Source: the human T2T-CHM13v2.0 reference genome, Homo sapiens
Direction: 5' to 3' (one strand)
Length of the DNA: 64,000 nt
Assembly: GCF_009914755.1 (NCBI RefSeq)
Contig: NC_060928.1
Part shown: positions 15,164 to 31,184 of the stretch, one piece after another
Layout: each line of letters begins with the position of its first letter
Position numbering within the stretch: the first letter of the stretch is position 1
Program-made: the position numbers and the translations under genes
Notes under the pieces: model-generated
The model's input: the letters and a program-made list of their open reading frames with translations, nothing else
The model's database searches: none
Told to the model about the DNA's origin: nothing

Positions 15164-16580
15164 TAGAGTGACCATATATTCACATTTCCTTGATATGGTA
15201 TGTACTTACATTTGTACTGCCAGCCTTTTCTGTTGGGGATTTATTCAAACTTTTTCCTTTTAATTTATATTGGTATTAATAGTTGCACTTAAATCATCTG
15301 GGCTGAGAGAAAAAGAATTTCTTCCTTTGTACTTTCATCTTTTGCCATAATAATGCATGTGCAATTAACAGAATTTTGTCTTCACTATGTCGTTAAATCT
15401 TCTTTTTTCCTGGCACTATCTAAATCCAAGGCAGAGCACTGGTTGATAAAACTAGGTGTGCTCTGATTCCTGAGGCTAGGGAGAGCTAACTCCCATTTGT
15501 CATTATGGTGATACTAACCAATTGTGTCATGGCTTATACTCTGGTCTTTGAGACAGAAAACTCCAGGCCACCAGTCAGTGAGTTATAAGAAACATGGGTA
15601 ATTTGGGATTAGATGTGCATAAAATATGTGCAGGAAATAGCAGCTGAGCAGAATTGCCATAGATCATATTTAAAGTAGTCTGAACAATCTGCTCCTGTGG
15701 TTTTGTCATTTATTGTACATATATTTATTTTATTATTTTGTCATTTTTTTCATTTAGCAATGAGCTCTTTTGGAAACAATGAGCACTAGGAAGCAAAAGC
15801 ACATATTTAATGAAAATTTAAATACTGTATTTCTGCTACTTAAGAAAGATGTTGGAAAACAGTTAATTTTCACAAATTCTTTTTTGACATTTATCATTAA
15901 CCATGAAACCATACTGATATGACTGGGTACATAAAAAAACAGATGACGCAAAGCTACTAAAACGTCAGCAACTACTTCAAAAGTTAGTATTTATTTTAGT
16001 GAAACTGCTCCTGAAAGTGACAAGTTACCACCTGCAGTAGCACAAGTTGTATTTGCATATCATCTTGGGAATATGACTTTTTATTAGCTTAAATTATTGT
16101 TGTTTTTATTTAACTTTGCTCATTTCAATTATGAGTTTCCTTTTGAGGGTAGAAAAAGTAAAATGTAGCTATCGATATGTTTTCCTAAATTAACAGAAAG
16201 GGCACTTACAAATAGATGATTTATGCTAGCTTTATATCAGTGCCATGTAACATTTCAAGTAGAAAATGAGTTAGAGTGATTTAAATAATGGTCTGATTTT
16301 AAAAATTAAATTTGAAATTGAACATTAATGTTTAGTCAAAAAGTCTAAAATTATCTTGAGGGAGATTTCAAATTTAAAAATTCATAATTAAATATAAAAT
16401 AGTTTTTTATAGTGATTACACAAATAATTTTGGTAGAGCTCAGTCCTGTGTTAAAAATAAAGCTCTTGCAAAATTAATAAATGGATGAAACACAAATATA
16501 CTTGGGTTTGATTGTGGTACACACATAATTAATAATTCCATTCAAATAAACCATAGCATTCTACCAATTGAAGTAGAAAC
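15164..16580 (+). mobile_element. hAT-Blackjack-like DNA transposon, left part with decayed transposase
   Basis: TIR-like 'tagagtgaccata'. Decayed frames: 15779 MSTRKQKHIFNENLNTVFLLLKKD; 16411 SDYTNNFGRAQ; 16501 LGFDCGTHIINNSIQ (hAT CxxH motif). Confidence 0.75.
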
Positions 16581-17082
16581 TCTAAGTGTCTTAAATATGC
16601 TCATGAAGTTCAAGGAGAGAATGTACAAACAACTAAACAAAATCAGAAAAATAATATATGAACAAAATGAGAATATGCAGAACACTTTTCCAACCAACAA
16701 CAGAACATGCATTTTCCTCAAGTGCACATGGAACAATCTTCAAGATAGAACATACAGTAGGCCACAGCAAAATTCTCAATTACTTTTAAAATATTGCAAT
16801 CACACAAAGAAGCATCTCTGATTACAATGAAATGAAACTAAAAATCAATAGCAGAAGTAAAACTAGAAAATTGAAAATACGTGGAAATTAAATAATCCAC
16901 TACTATTAAACAACCAGTGAATCAAAGCAGAAATCATAAAAGAAGTTAGAAAATATCTTGAGACAAACAAAAATGAAAACACAATTTACCAAAACTTATT
17001 GAATGCTGTGAAAGCAGTACTAACTAACAGGATAATTTAGAGCCATAAGCACTTACTTTAAACAAAAAGAAATAAATCAACC

Positions 17083-17493
17083 TGTGTTAGACCATTCTTG
17101 CACTGGTATGAAGAAATACCTGAGATGGGGTAATTTATAAGAAAAGAGGATTAATTGGCTTATGATTCTGCAGGAAGCATGATGGGATCTGCTCAGTTTC
17201 TGGGGAGGCCTCAGGAAACTTACAATTGTGGTTGAAGGCTAAGGGGGAGCAGGCACGTTACATGGCCAGAGCAAGAGCAAGAGAGTGAGGGGGGAGGTGC
17301 TACACACTTTTAAATGACCAGATCTCATGAGCACTCACTCACTATCATGAGAACAGTACAAAGGGGAAGGGTGCTAAGGCATTTATGAGAAATCTGCCCC
17401 CATGATCCAATCATCTCCAACAGGCCCCACCTCCTACATTGAGGATTACATTTCAGTGAGATTTGGGCAGGAACACACATCCAAACTATATCA
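17083..17493 (-). mobile_element. MSTB-like solo LTR
   Basis: 'tgtgttagaccattcttgcact...catccaaactatatca'; TSD caacc/caatc. Confidence 0.9.
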
Positions 17494-18088
17494 CAATCTT
17501 AACTTTACACTTTAAGGAGCTAGAGAAAGATGGACAAACTAAACCCAAAGCAAGCAGAAGGAAATAAATAATAAAAATAACAGCAGAAATAAACAAAATA
17601 CAGAATAGTAAAACAATAGAGAAAATCAATGACACTAAAGATCAACAATTTTCTTTGTAAAAAGATCAACAAAATTGATAAACCTTTAGCTAGAGTGACT
17701 AAAAAAAAAGCAAGACTCAAATAACTAAGATAAAAATGAAGGAGGAACATTATACCCAATTTCACAGAAATAAAAAAATGATTATAACAGAATACTATGA
17801 CCAATTCTATGCCAACAACTGGGTAACCACAATAAAATGGACAGATATTAACAAGGAGATTCAATCAGTAATCAAAAACTTCCCCAAAAGAAAAGCCCAG
17901 GACCATATGGCATTCCTGATGAATTCTACTAAATATTAAAGTAAGCATTGAAAAAAATCTTCAAACTCTTACAAAAATTGGAAGAGAACATTTCCAAACT
18001 CATTCTGTACAGCCAGCATTACTTAGATAGGAAAACCAATTAAGAGTGTTCCCTCCAAAAATTACAGACTAATTTGTCTGATGACCAT

Positions 18089-20608
<2,520 letters not shown>

Positions 20609-22421
20609 AGTATCAATGCAAAAGCATCAGTAAAATGCTAGAAAATTGAATTCAACAACAGATTAAAATAATTATATGGTATGGCCAAGTAGGCTTTATT
20701 CCGAGTGCAAGGATGATTCAACATATGAGAATCAAGGAAGATATTGCACCGCATTATCAGAATAAAACAAAACAAAACACGTTTATCTCAAGTGAAGAAG
20801 AAAAAGTATTTAACAAAATCAAATATGCTTTTATAAGAAAAACACTAAATGAACTGGGAATAGAAGAAAATTACAGCAACATAGTAGAGATAATCTATGC
20901 CAATCCCATAGCTAATATACTTAGAAGTAAAAGACTAAAATATTTTTTTCTAAGAACAGGAGACGACAAAGATACCCATTTTAGCCACTTCTCCTAAACA
21001 TAGTACTGGGATTCCCAGCCAGAACAATTGGACAAAACAAAGAAATACAAATAAATTGAAATGAAAAAGAAAGAAACAAAATTATTTTCATTCATAGATG
21101 ATATGTTCATATATGTAGAAAACTGTAATGATTTCATACACACACGGAAACACACACAAATTGTTAGAATGAATAAATTTATTTGTCAAAGTTGCAGAAT
21201 AGGAAATCAACATGCAAAAATTAGTTGCATTTCTATACTCTAGATGTACTAATAATTAACAATTCAAAGAAATAAATTAAGAAAATAATTCTAATTATGC
21301 TAACAGCAAAAATAAATAAAATGCCAAAAAAAGTTAAGAGACAAAGTTATATACACTGAAAACTATAAAATGCTGCTAAAAAATTGAAGAAGAGACAAAT
21401 AAATAGAAAGATATTCCATGTTTATAGATTGGAAGAGTTAATATTGTTAAGATTGTCCATACATCTCAAAGTGATCTACAGATTTAATGCAATACCCATG
21501 AAAATGTTATTGATTTTTTTGGCAAATATTATTAAAGCATATCCTAAAATTAATATGGATTCTCAAGGGTCCATATGAATCTTGAAAGTTTATATGAATT
21601 TGGACAAAATAAATTGAATTACAATTAAGTGACAATTTTTTTGTCTTGAATGGGCAAAATAATCTTCAAAAAAAGTTGGATGTCTCATACTACCCAATTT
21701 AAAAACTTACCACCCAGCTATAGTAATCAAAACAGTGTGGTACTGGTATAAAACCAAGTATGTAGAGCAATGATATAAAGTAGAGAACCCAAAATAAACT
21801 GTTAATTATATGGTAGTGATCTTTGATAAGGATGGCAAAATCCCTCAGTGAAGGTAGGGCAGTCTTTTCAAGAAATGATGCTCAGAAAGCTGTATATCCA
21901 TATTTCATCCTTACATGACACAATTTACAACAATTAACTAAAAATGGATCAAATATTTAAATATAAGACCTAAAACTATAAAACTCTTAGGAGAAAATAT
22001 ACAGGAAAGCTTCACATCATTGAATTTGGCAATGCTTTTTTGGGATATAACACTAAAAGCATAAGCAACAAAAGTAAAAAATAGATACATTGAGCTACAC
22101 TAATATTAAAAACTTCTGTACAAAAAAAGACAGACTTAAAAGAGTGAAAAGGCAACCTATGGAATGAGATACAATATTTACCAATCATATATCTGATATG
22201 GAGAGCTAATATCTAAAATATATCAACAACTCTTGTAACTCAACAACAAAAAACAAACAGCCCAATTAAAAATGAGCAAAGGACTTGAATAGATATTTTT
22301 CCAAAGAAGATATAGAAATGGCCATCATATACATGAAAAGATGCTCAGCACTATCAATTATTAGGGAAATGCAAATCAAAACAATAGTAAATAAGATATT
22401 ACTTTTGACCCATTAGGATGA

Positions 22422-22780
22422 GTTCATGTTCTTTGCAGGGACATGGATGATACTGAAAACCATCATTCTTAGCAAACTAGCACAGGAACAGAAAACCAAA
22501 CACCGCATGTTTTCACTCATAAGCGGGAGTAGAACAATGAGAACGCATGGACACAGGGAGGGGAACATCACACACGGGAGTCAGTCGGGGGTTGGGGGCT
22601 ACGGGACAGATAATATTAGAAGAAATACCTAATGTAGATAGATGAGGGGTTGATGGGTGCAGCAAACCACCATGGCACGTGTATACCTATGTGACAAACC
22701 TGCACATTCTGCACATATATCCCAGAAATTAAAGTATAATAAAAAAAAACCTAAAACTAAAATAAAATAAAATAAAATAA
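22422..22780 (+). mobile_element. 5'-truncated L1PA (L1PA7-like) 3' end
   Basis: 'ttgatgggtgcagcaaaccaccatggcacgtgtatacctatg'; (TAAAA)n tail; TSD aggatga at 22415-22421 and 22781-22787. Confidence 0.9.
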
Positions 22781-22814
22781 AGGATGACTACTCTAAAAAA
22801 TATCACAGGAAATA

Positions 22815-22927
22815 TTTTATGATGTGCTTATTTCACATTGCATCCCTGTATCAAAACATCTCATGTATCCCATAAATATATATAACTATTATGTACCCAA
22901 AAACTTAAAAATAAGAAAAAACTTTTT
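22815..22927 (+). mobile_element. L1MA1/L1MA2-like 3' terminal fragment
   Basis: 'cacattgcatccctgtatcaaaacatctcatgtatcccataaatata'; TSD-like aaaaaatatcacaggaaata / aaaaaatcccaggaaata. Confidence 0.8.
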
Positions 22928-23037
22928 AAAAAATCCCAGGAAATAAGAAGTGTTGGTGAGGATGTGGAGAAATTGGAACACTTGTGTACTGTTGGTAATG
23001 TGTAATAGTGAAACCACTATGGAAAACAATATGGCAG

Positions 23038-23403
23038 TGTATTAGTCTCTTTTCACACTGCCAATAAAGACATACCCCAGACTGGGCAATTTGCAAAAGG
23101 AAGAGGTTTATTGGACTTGCTGTTCCACATGGCTGGGGAGGCCTCACAGTCATGGCAGAAGGCAAGGCAGTGCAAGTCACATCTTACCTGAATGTCAGCA
23201 GGCAGGAAGAGAGCTTGTGCAGAGAAACTCCCGTTTTTAAAACCATCAGATCTCATGAGACCCATTCACTATCACAAGAACAGCACGGGAAAGACCGGCC
23301 CCCCTGATTCAATCATCTCCCACCGGGTCCCTTGCACAGCAGTTGGGAATTATGGGAGCTACAAAATGAGATTTGAGTGAGGACACAGAGCCAAACCATA
23401 TCA
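23038..23403 (-). mobile_element. THE1 (THE1A/B-like) solo LTR
   Basis: 'tgtattagtc...gagccaaaccatatca'; perfect TSD ggcag. Confidence 0.93.
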
Positions 23404-23995
23404 GGCAGTTACTCAAATAATTGAAAATAGAATTACCATATAATTAAGCAATTCCACTTTTCGGTATATACCCAAAATAATGGATAGTAGGGCTACAAAG
23501 AAATGTTTGTACACTCATGTTTATAGTTGCATTATTTGCAATAGTAAAAAGGCAGAGCAGACCAAGTTTCTATTGACAGATGAATGGATAAACAAAATGT
23601 GGTACATATATGCATATCAATGAAAGTTATTCATTCTTGAAAAGAAGGACATCTTGATGCATGTTTCATTATGGATGTACCTTGAAGAATTTATGTTAGT
23701 GAAATAAACTGGCCACAGAGAGATAAATGTTGTATGATTCAACTAATATGAGGTACCTAGATTAATCAAATTCATACAGATAAAAAGTAGAATGATGGTT
23801 GCCAAAGTCTGGGAGGAGGAGGAAATGGGAAGCTTTTATTTAATGGCTATAGATTTTCAGTTTTGCAAGATAAACAAAATTGTAGATTGGTTTCACAACG
23901 ATGTGAATATACTTAATAGTATTGGAAGCTGTGCACTCAAAAATGGTTAAGATGGTAAATTTTACATTATATGTATTTTATCGCAATTAAAGTAA

Positions 23996-24998
23996 ATCTA
24001 AGAAGTTATACATCAATGTGCAGGTTTTCTCATTGCTGTCCATCATCAATTAGATTTTAGAAAAATTTGAGTCTTATAACAACTACTTACAAATCCACCA
24101 GATGTGAACTACATTGGAATTTATCATATTAATATTTATGTGCCGTAACTGAACCCTCTAAATTCTGCTTAATTCTTGTTTTAAAAATCAAAATCCGTTG
24201 GAATACATTAATCAAATATTTAAAAAATAAAATTATACCAAACTTTAGATTTTGGCAGTTTTATTGAACTGAGAACAAAGCTTGCATATGGGAAGTAATT
24301 TACATTAATTACAACAAAAATGAGAGTAAGAATTTAATAAATTAAAAAATGGGTGTTCAAATAATGTGTAAGATATAATTTTAAAATTTCTTAATTGTGC
24401 TTTGAAACATCTTGACTTGATTAAAAAATTCATTGAAGCTGTTACTGTGACTTGGTTCAATTCATATTTAATAACAGTAAAATGAAATTGATGAGGCCTG
24501 AGCTTGTAGCATCTAATTTTGAAACATCAAAAGTATGAATATGGAAATTATTTGATTAGTCTTGTATCAAAATATTTGAAGAAATGTACCCTAAATGGAG
24601 GAAAAGAAGCAGTACCTCTGAGAATAGTAAAGTTTTAATTTTCACGATTTAATATAGAAAAAATAGAACTGAGAATAATCTTTATTTAGAAGACTTTTCT
24701 CTGAGGTTACATTATTTTAGCCCCTGTAGAAAGAATGGTCTCTGAAATATAAATATTATAGTCTATATAGAAGAATCAAGGATTTAAGCAATTTCAAATT
24801 TTTGAACCTCAAAATGTACACATTCCTACCAATAGTATTATTAACTTTAATTGTTAACAGTCTTAGTGTGCTAAATTCTATCTCCATGGTAAGAAAAATG
24901 TACATTCTCACAGATTTAATCTATTTTTAAGTAAGTCATATCACTTTTAAAATTAAATTTTCAGATTTTTTACTGGTGGCAAATACATACAGACACAT
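23996..24998 (+). mobile_element. hAT-Blackjack-like transposon, right part (transposase C-terminus)
   Basis: 24720 translates as APVERMVS, resembling the hAT dimerisation-domain motif ER.FS; decayed right terminus near 24975-24998. Confidence 0.65.
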
Positions 24999-25114
24999 AT
25001 AATGTGCGTGTGTATATATGTAATGAGCTGAAGATAAGATTCTTGAATTGCAGTTCTTTTTCCGCAATAAAATGTATATTTATTTCATACTTTTTAGTTG
25101 TGAAATTATATTTT

Positions 25115-25445
25115 AGGAGTCACAACTGGGCAAGAAACTACCAAAATATGCCTTAGTGGATCACCTGGGTGCCACACATATTCCTCTCTGTGCCCATTTT
25201 ATAACCACAGCCCAACATGTCCATGCTAAGAAGACTCAATGACCCCTCCCAAGATGGTCATTCTTTTCCATCCATTCTGTTCCCTGGACACAAGGGTACT
25301 GGCATGCCCAGGCAACTGTCATAGCTGTTGGTTCCATGAGTCCTTTACAGTGTCTTCTGGTAACATGTGCCCACTTTGGGTAACAGCGGCGGACAATGAC
25401 CCACCTATCAGCAGGAGGTTGTCCTTTTTGCCAGCTGAACACAAG
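25115..25445 (-). mobile_element. ERVL-class internal fragment (HERV16/ERV3-16A3-like, dUTPase-like region)
   Basis: Minus strand translates as HVGLWL*NGHREEYVWHPGDPLRHILVVSCPVV, typical of the ERVL pol 3' end. Confidence 0.7.
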
Positions 25446-25497
25446 TGAGCTATCTCCAATACCTCACCTGCTTTCTGAGAACACTCTCAGCATCAGA

Positions 25498-25860
25498 TGT
25501 GGTAGCATCTTTCCATGAAGATGCTGAGATGGAGTTTGACCTGCAGGAATTTTTTGGTTTTTTGTTTGTTTGTTTTTTGAGAACTCCTTTGGAAAAGAGA
25601 GAAAGTAAGTAAGGTTGGATACACAAAGACACTGACTCATGTCAAAGGCCTGGCAGAAACTCTGCCAACCCTCTCTGGAGCTCTGGAAATACACACGGCC
25701 CATCAGAGTTGTCCAGAGTTGGACCAAAATGTTTGGGCCTTTATACCCCAATGTAGATTGGTCATTAGATGTGGACCACTCTGAGGAAGAGGTATTGTAG
25801 GTCACTGCTCCTGCAGCAGACCCTGAAGGGACTTATAGCTGGAACAATCAAAGGAAATCT
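25498..25860 (-). mobile_element. LTR16-family LTR
   Basis: 'gatgctgagatggagtttg', 'ggagctctgga...ggcccatcagagttgtcc', 'gggcctttatacccc...ggtcattagatgtgg'. Confidence 0.7.
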
Positions 25861-27049
25861 AAGTGGTCCTACTGTGTGTCTATCATGGACAGTAGGGATC
25901 TGGCCTCCAAATGTCTCATTTTTTTCTCCAGTGTTTCAGGTTTTTATATTTTGTTCTGTCCTTTTGGATATTTTTCTCACTTGTTCTTCTAGGTCAATAA
26001 TAAAGCTTTTAATAGTAGTCTACTGATTGCTTAATGGAAAAATCATGATTATTTTTAAACTCCAAAGTACATGTCGGAAGATACTTTTCTCCTAAGTGCT
26101 CTGATCATATTTTTACTCAAGTTTTCATTTAAAGCCTCAGCTGTTCTCTTTCACTGAGTCGATGTTGTGATCACTCTGCTTGATTTTCTACTTCCTGAGT
26201 GCTTGACCTCCCTGGATAGTTTGTCTTTCTGCTTTGTTAGCATATGGGGGCCTTCAGACTGGCTTCTGTCATATTCTAAATGGGAAGGGGAAGAAGCATG
26301 GGGCAGTGTAGAAAGAGGGATGTTGCCTCCCCGCCATCCTTCCCCCTTCCAAGGAACTATAAAGATGCTTTTTCCTTCTCAAGTACCTTAGACTCTCCTA
26401 ATCAGAATCTGTCCATTCATATTGCAGTTTTCATCTTGCCCATTTTCTAAAACTGATGAACGTTACCTTTTTTTGATGTAAAAAAGTACAAAATATTGTT
26501 ACGCTTTTTTTCCATCTATAGGCAGTTGGACACTATGTCAATTCATGGAAAAGCTACAAGAATTCTTCTGAAATTTCCTTTCACATCTCTAAGGCTCAGT
26601 TTCCTCTTCTGAGATTTTACTCCTTGAGGAAATTATTCCCTATACTGGTTATTGCTAAAACTACCTTCAAATAACTGCCTACACAAGAAAAAGAGACAGG
26701 TTTGATAGAAAACTACAATACAACATTGTTAGAAGAGGAAAGGTTCGGGAATCAACTTGAGTTTGAATTGCAGCTGTTTATTTACTATGTTTAAATGTTA
26801 GGTAAATAATTTAATTAAAATGGAATGCTATTCATTCTCTTTAAAAATGTTTAAAATCATCTTGAAAGTTAATTTTGTTGCTTAGGAAAGATTTTTATGT
26901 ATACTAGTTAGTTGGTGGGGCTTGAACATGAATTCAGAACTGTCTGATTCCAAGAACCTATGAAAAATTATTTATAATGATGTCATTTACAGCTTTATGT
27001 AGCAGCAGCATTTCTCTGTTTCTTGTTTTTAATCAGTTTTTGCCTTCCT

Positions 27050-27330
27050 TCCATTCCTCCTTTCCTCTGTGTCCCTCTTTTTCTTCCTTGCTCCTTGTTT
27101 CAATGCATATTACAATTACCAACTCTATGTCAGCTACTGTGCTAACTGCTTGATATATAAGGTTGAGCAGAATCATCGTAATTTTATCCTTCAAAATATT
27201 TTACAGTCTACTAAGGAAAATCAAAAGTAAACAAGTAGAAAACTCAAAAATAAATAATTGCCGATTGTGATAGTACTATAAAAATAATGAACAGAAAAAT
27301 AACAGGAGGGGATTTACCTTTGGGATATCA
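27050..27330 (-). mobile_element. L2 3' fragment
   Basis: 'ctctatgtcagctactgtgctaactgcttgatatataaggttgagcag...ttacagtctactaagg'. Confidence 0.55.
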
Positions 27331-28596
27331 GACTCAGATCATGCCCTGCCCCAGATTTGCTTGAACCCACCTGCCTCCTGAGACCAGTTCTCTCCCTCCA
27401 TAGAAAGCCCTGATAGTTGCTGGTGTTACACTATCTGCTAGTTGTGCAGGCTGCCTGGGCTTCCCCTGGGGTGAGATGTAGGCAGCAGCATGGCTTTCAT
27501 TGTGCCTGGTGTGGGGAGTCCACAATAGCTCTGGCATCTAAAGCCCAGCCAGGCCAGGTCCATTCAGGCTCTTGCTTCTTCTACCCCTTCCAGATTCAAA
27601 TAAAGCAGTGGGCCACAGAGTATGGAATGTGGCTTCCTAGTACCTACCTGAGAGGTAGTAACACAACCCAGAAATATGGGAGTCGTTGCCCAATGGGGCG
27701 ATTCTTGACTAATGAAAGATAGGAGACCAGAAAGAGTCAACAGATTCCTTCCCTTCCTCCTCCAGAGACCTTCTTTGGAAGCACGAGGGTTCCAAGCTCT
27801 CTGCCTGAAGTATTTTGTGTGACAACATGCCTGATTGTGTTTGATTATGAGGCCTATTGATAACATGGTTTTGCTCTGTCTCTATCTTAACCTGGGATTT
27901 GAAAATAATAGAACTTGAGGTGATGTTGATGTGCTCACGCTTTATTAAGGACATAACCTCTGGTTAGCAAGAGTGAGAAAAAAAGGTAAGTATAGCAAGA
28001 AAAGGAGAAAGCAAACCAAGTTGGCACATTACCAAATGGCCACGGCCTCCCTGCAAACATAGCACCAGAATCTTATGGAATGGATCACGTGGATTAGAGA
28101 AGCCACATGGACACACTGTGTTTTGAAACAGTCTTAGGAAAAGCAAGGGAGAGATTTGTCAGGTGCTTTTCACCTCTTGTTTTTCATTGGTCTACTTTTG
28201 CCCAAGGGACAGTAACTTCCCCATATTATGGGTGGTGTTACTCAGTGCCTCCTATATCTGGGAAAGCCAGAGTCTTCATAAATTCAATAAGGTTAAACCT
28301 TTTCACTGGAAGTCCTGGCTCATGATAAAAAGGGGAAGACACAGGCCATACCAATGCCTGGCACTTATTCCAGATGAGAATGGGCCTGAAAGCAGTGTGA
28401 GGAGATATATTATCAGGAACTAGTGGCCAGATCTCTGCATTAAGAAAGTGGTAAAGGAAATTGCTATGGCCATATACTTGGTCTGGTCTACCCTTCTTTC
28501 CTGCCTTGCTTTGCTTTCACTCTTTCTTGATGTCCTGGAATGAAAACCCCAATGATGTATTAGTATATAAGCTTTGGTGTTTCTGTGTTTTTCTAG

Positions 28597-28696
28597 GCAA
28601 CTTGAGTACAATAGGCAGCCACAAATATCATCCTTGCTAGCCAGGAATGACAAGGAGCAAGCCACATGAGGAGTCAGAAAAGATTATTCCAGGCAG
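28597..28696 (+). other. Candidate 100-nt non-coding exon
   Basis: Acceptor 'tttctgtgtttttctag|G', consensus donor 'CAG|gtaagt'; stops in all three frames; non-repetitive context. No transcript evidence is available to me. Confidence 0.3.
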
Positions 28697-29119
28697 GTAA
28701 GTGATCCCCCAATACTCTTACACACAATAAATATACTTTCTTTATTTCAGTAATGCCTGAACTTGTTTTAATCCCTTGCATGCTCTAAAAGTTAACTCAT
28801 TATCAACCTTTATGATTTAGTATTTTTATTTTATACTTCGAGATCTTTCCATATTAACACTCGATCACTCATTGCCTCAACAAAGCATTGGCCTGACTGC
28901 AGTCATTACTCTTACATTATTAAGATGCTTGATAATGAAAGAGTGAGAATAAATACACTGATGAGGAACTAGCTCAAAATGGGGCCAATCATTGGGTAAA
29001 GGCATGATTGGACATTGTGGTTTTTGGAATGAAAATCTGACAGCCTCATTTCTAATTCTGTCCATACTCTAAGGAACCCATAGATCTTGAGCATGGAACT
29101 CAACATCCTAAGCATGGAA

Positions 29120-29552
29120 GGCAAGAGAACATGGCTCTCAGATCTGCAACTGCAGGAAGCCCAACTGACAGATGCGCCCCTCTGCCAAGCTCTGAAATCT
29201 ACCCCCACATTCATACTGAGGTCACATCTCCAGGCTGATCATAGCCAAAAACTGAATGTGGAAGGGATGCAAGGACAGACATGCTCCTGGGAACTGAATG
29301 CTTACTTTGAGGCACAACTTTGGCTCATGATCTCCTTATAGGCTCTACTAAAACTTACTAAGAATTGCACAGTCTATGACTTTTCTTACCCAGTCTCTTG
29401 TCCTTCTCTCCCATCCACAGGGCTGAGATCTGCATTATGGTCTGGAGGCTGCCCCAGTCTCTCCTTTACCTCCGTATTTTTCTCACAGGTAATTTCTTAT
29501 CTTGCATATATAATTCTATCTTACATCTATTGCTTATAGGACCAGAATTAAC
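29120..29552 (+). mobile_element. LTR16A/B-like LTR
   Basis: 'cacagggctgagatctgcattatggtctggaggct...tctcacagg...cttgcatatataattctatctt...ggaccagaattaac'. Confidence 0.7.
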
Positions 29553-29989
29553 GTATTTGGGCTTGAACTTCCTCATCTGTGAAATGTGACTATAATTATA
29601 ACAGCTAAATTCTCAAGATTAACCTCTTAGCTTTCAGGACTGCTTATGTTTCATAAATGTAGTTATTTTGAGAATATTTATGTATAATATTTATAACAGG
29701 AAAGAAAAGTAAGTAAACAAGTTTGTGCCAAAACTCTACATCAATTCAATAGCTTTGTGAATAGAGTGATTAGAAAAACACAATTAGACTATTGAAAGTT
29801 GAGAAAAATTATCTAAAATTGTGGTACCTAAACCATACTAGGAAGGAAGCATCATTGTCTACAAGTTAGTAATTATGGGTAAATCACTCAGAAAAGTGTC
29901 TAGCATAAAAACAACTTAATAAATGTTCACTATTATTATTTTGTTTCACTTGTTACCACTTCTGTAAGCTGACCTTCAAATGGGTAAAG

Positions 29990-30181
29990 TTAGCAGCCAT
30001 GACATGAACAATATCTAAACAAGTTGGCATGGGCTATATTCCAAAAAAGTCTTATTTATGGTCACAGAAATTTTAATTTTATATAATTTTAACACATCAC
30101 AAAGTATTCCTATTCTTGTAATTTTTTCTCATTGTTTAAAAATGTTAGCAAATGCAGGTCAACAAAAGATATTGCCAAACC
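29990..30181 (-). mobile_element. MER58B fragment
   Basis: 'ggcatgggctatattccaaaaaagtcttatttatgg...ttttaacacatcacaaa'. Confidence 0.55.
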
Positions 30182-30336
30182 ATACTATGTTATACCTGGA
30201 TTGAAACTCAGGGATGGGTATAGGTGAAAAAAAAAAAATAAGTGTGGGTTAGGGGAAAAGGAAAAGAATAGAGTAAGACAGAGAGAGAGAGAGCTATAAA
30301 GACTTTCATCTTTAGCTTTGCACCTTGTGGAATAGT

Positions 30337-30741
30337 GGTCTTGGTCCATTTGTGTTGCTACAAAGGAATACCTGAGATTGATTAATTTATAAAGGAAAAG
30401 TTGTATTTGTCTCATGATTCTGCTGGCTGAAAATCTGGCATCTGGTGAAAACCTGAGGCTGCTTTCACTCATGTAAGAAGGTGAAAGTGAAGGGGAGCCA
30501 GTGCAGGGAGAGATCACTTGGTGAGAGAGAAAACAAGAGAGAGGGAAGGAGGCACCAGGCTCTTTTTAACAACCAGCTCTTGTGGGAACTAATAAGAATG
30601 GGAACTCACTCATCCTCCCTCAGGAGGGCATTCATCTATTCATGAGGGGTCCACATCATGATCCCATTAGGCCATGTCTTCAACACTGGAGATCAGATTT
30701 CAACGTGAGATTTGGAGGGGCCAGATATCCATACTGTAGCA
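30337..30741 (-). mobile_element. MSTB1/B2-like solo LTR
   Basis: 'gtccatttgtgttgctacaaaggaatacctgag...atccatactgtagca'; tggtc on both sides. Confidence 0.88.
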
Positions 30742-30866
30742 TGGTCCAAGCCAAATAGATCTAAAGACAAGGTAAGGTAACATAACTCTAGCTAATATTT
30801 TGGACACATGGACACACAAGAAGAATTGATCCTTTAATTCTGTTACTAACTTGAGGTAGTCTAGAT

Positions 30867-31184
30867 CAAGGATCAGCAAACTACAGACAATGGACAAAAT
30901 CCAGCCTACCACCTGCTTTTGTATGTTCTGCAAGCTAAGAATGTTTTTATATCTTAAAATTGTTGAATAATATTTTGTGACATGTGAAAATTAAATGAAA
31001 TTCAAATTTCCATGATTATACATAAAGTTTTACTGGAACACAGCCACGCCAATTTGCAGACATGTTGCTTTTGGCTGCTTTCTGGCTACAAGACAGTCAA
31101 GTAGTTGTAACAGAGACCACATTGCCAAAAAAACCTAAAATATTTACAATGAGGCCTTCTACAGAAAATGTTTTGCATCTCCTG
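30867..31184 (+). mobile_element. MER58B (hAT-Charlie MITE)
   Basis: TIR-like 'caaggatcagcaaact' / 'ttttgcatctcctg'; internal 'aaagttttactggaacacagccacgcc'. Confidence 0.85.

Noticed and set aside
29990-31184. Inverted MER58B pair flanking an MST LTR, suggesting a composite transposon
   Set aside because: The left copy is partial and the two are highly diverged with no shared TSD; independent insertions are the simpler explanation.
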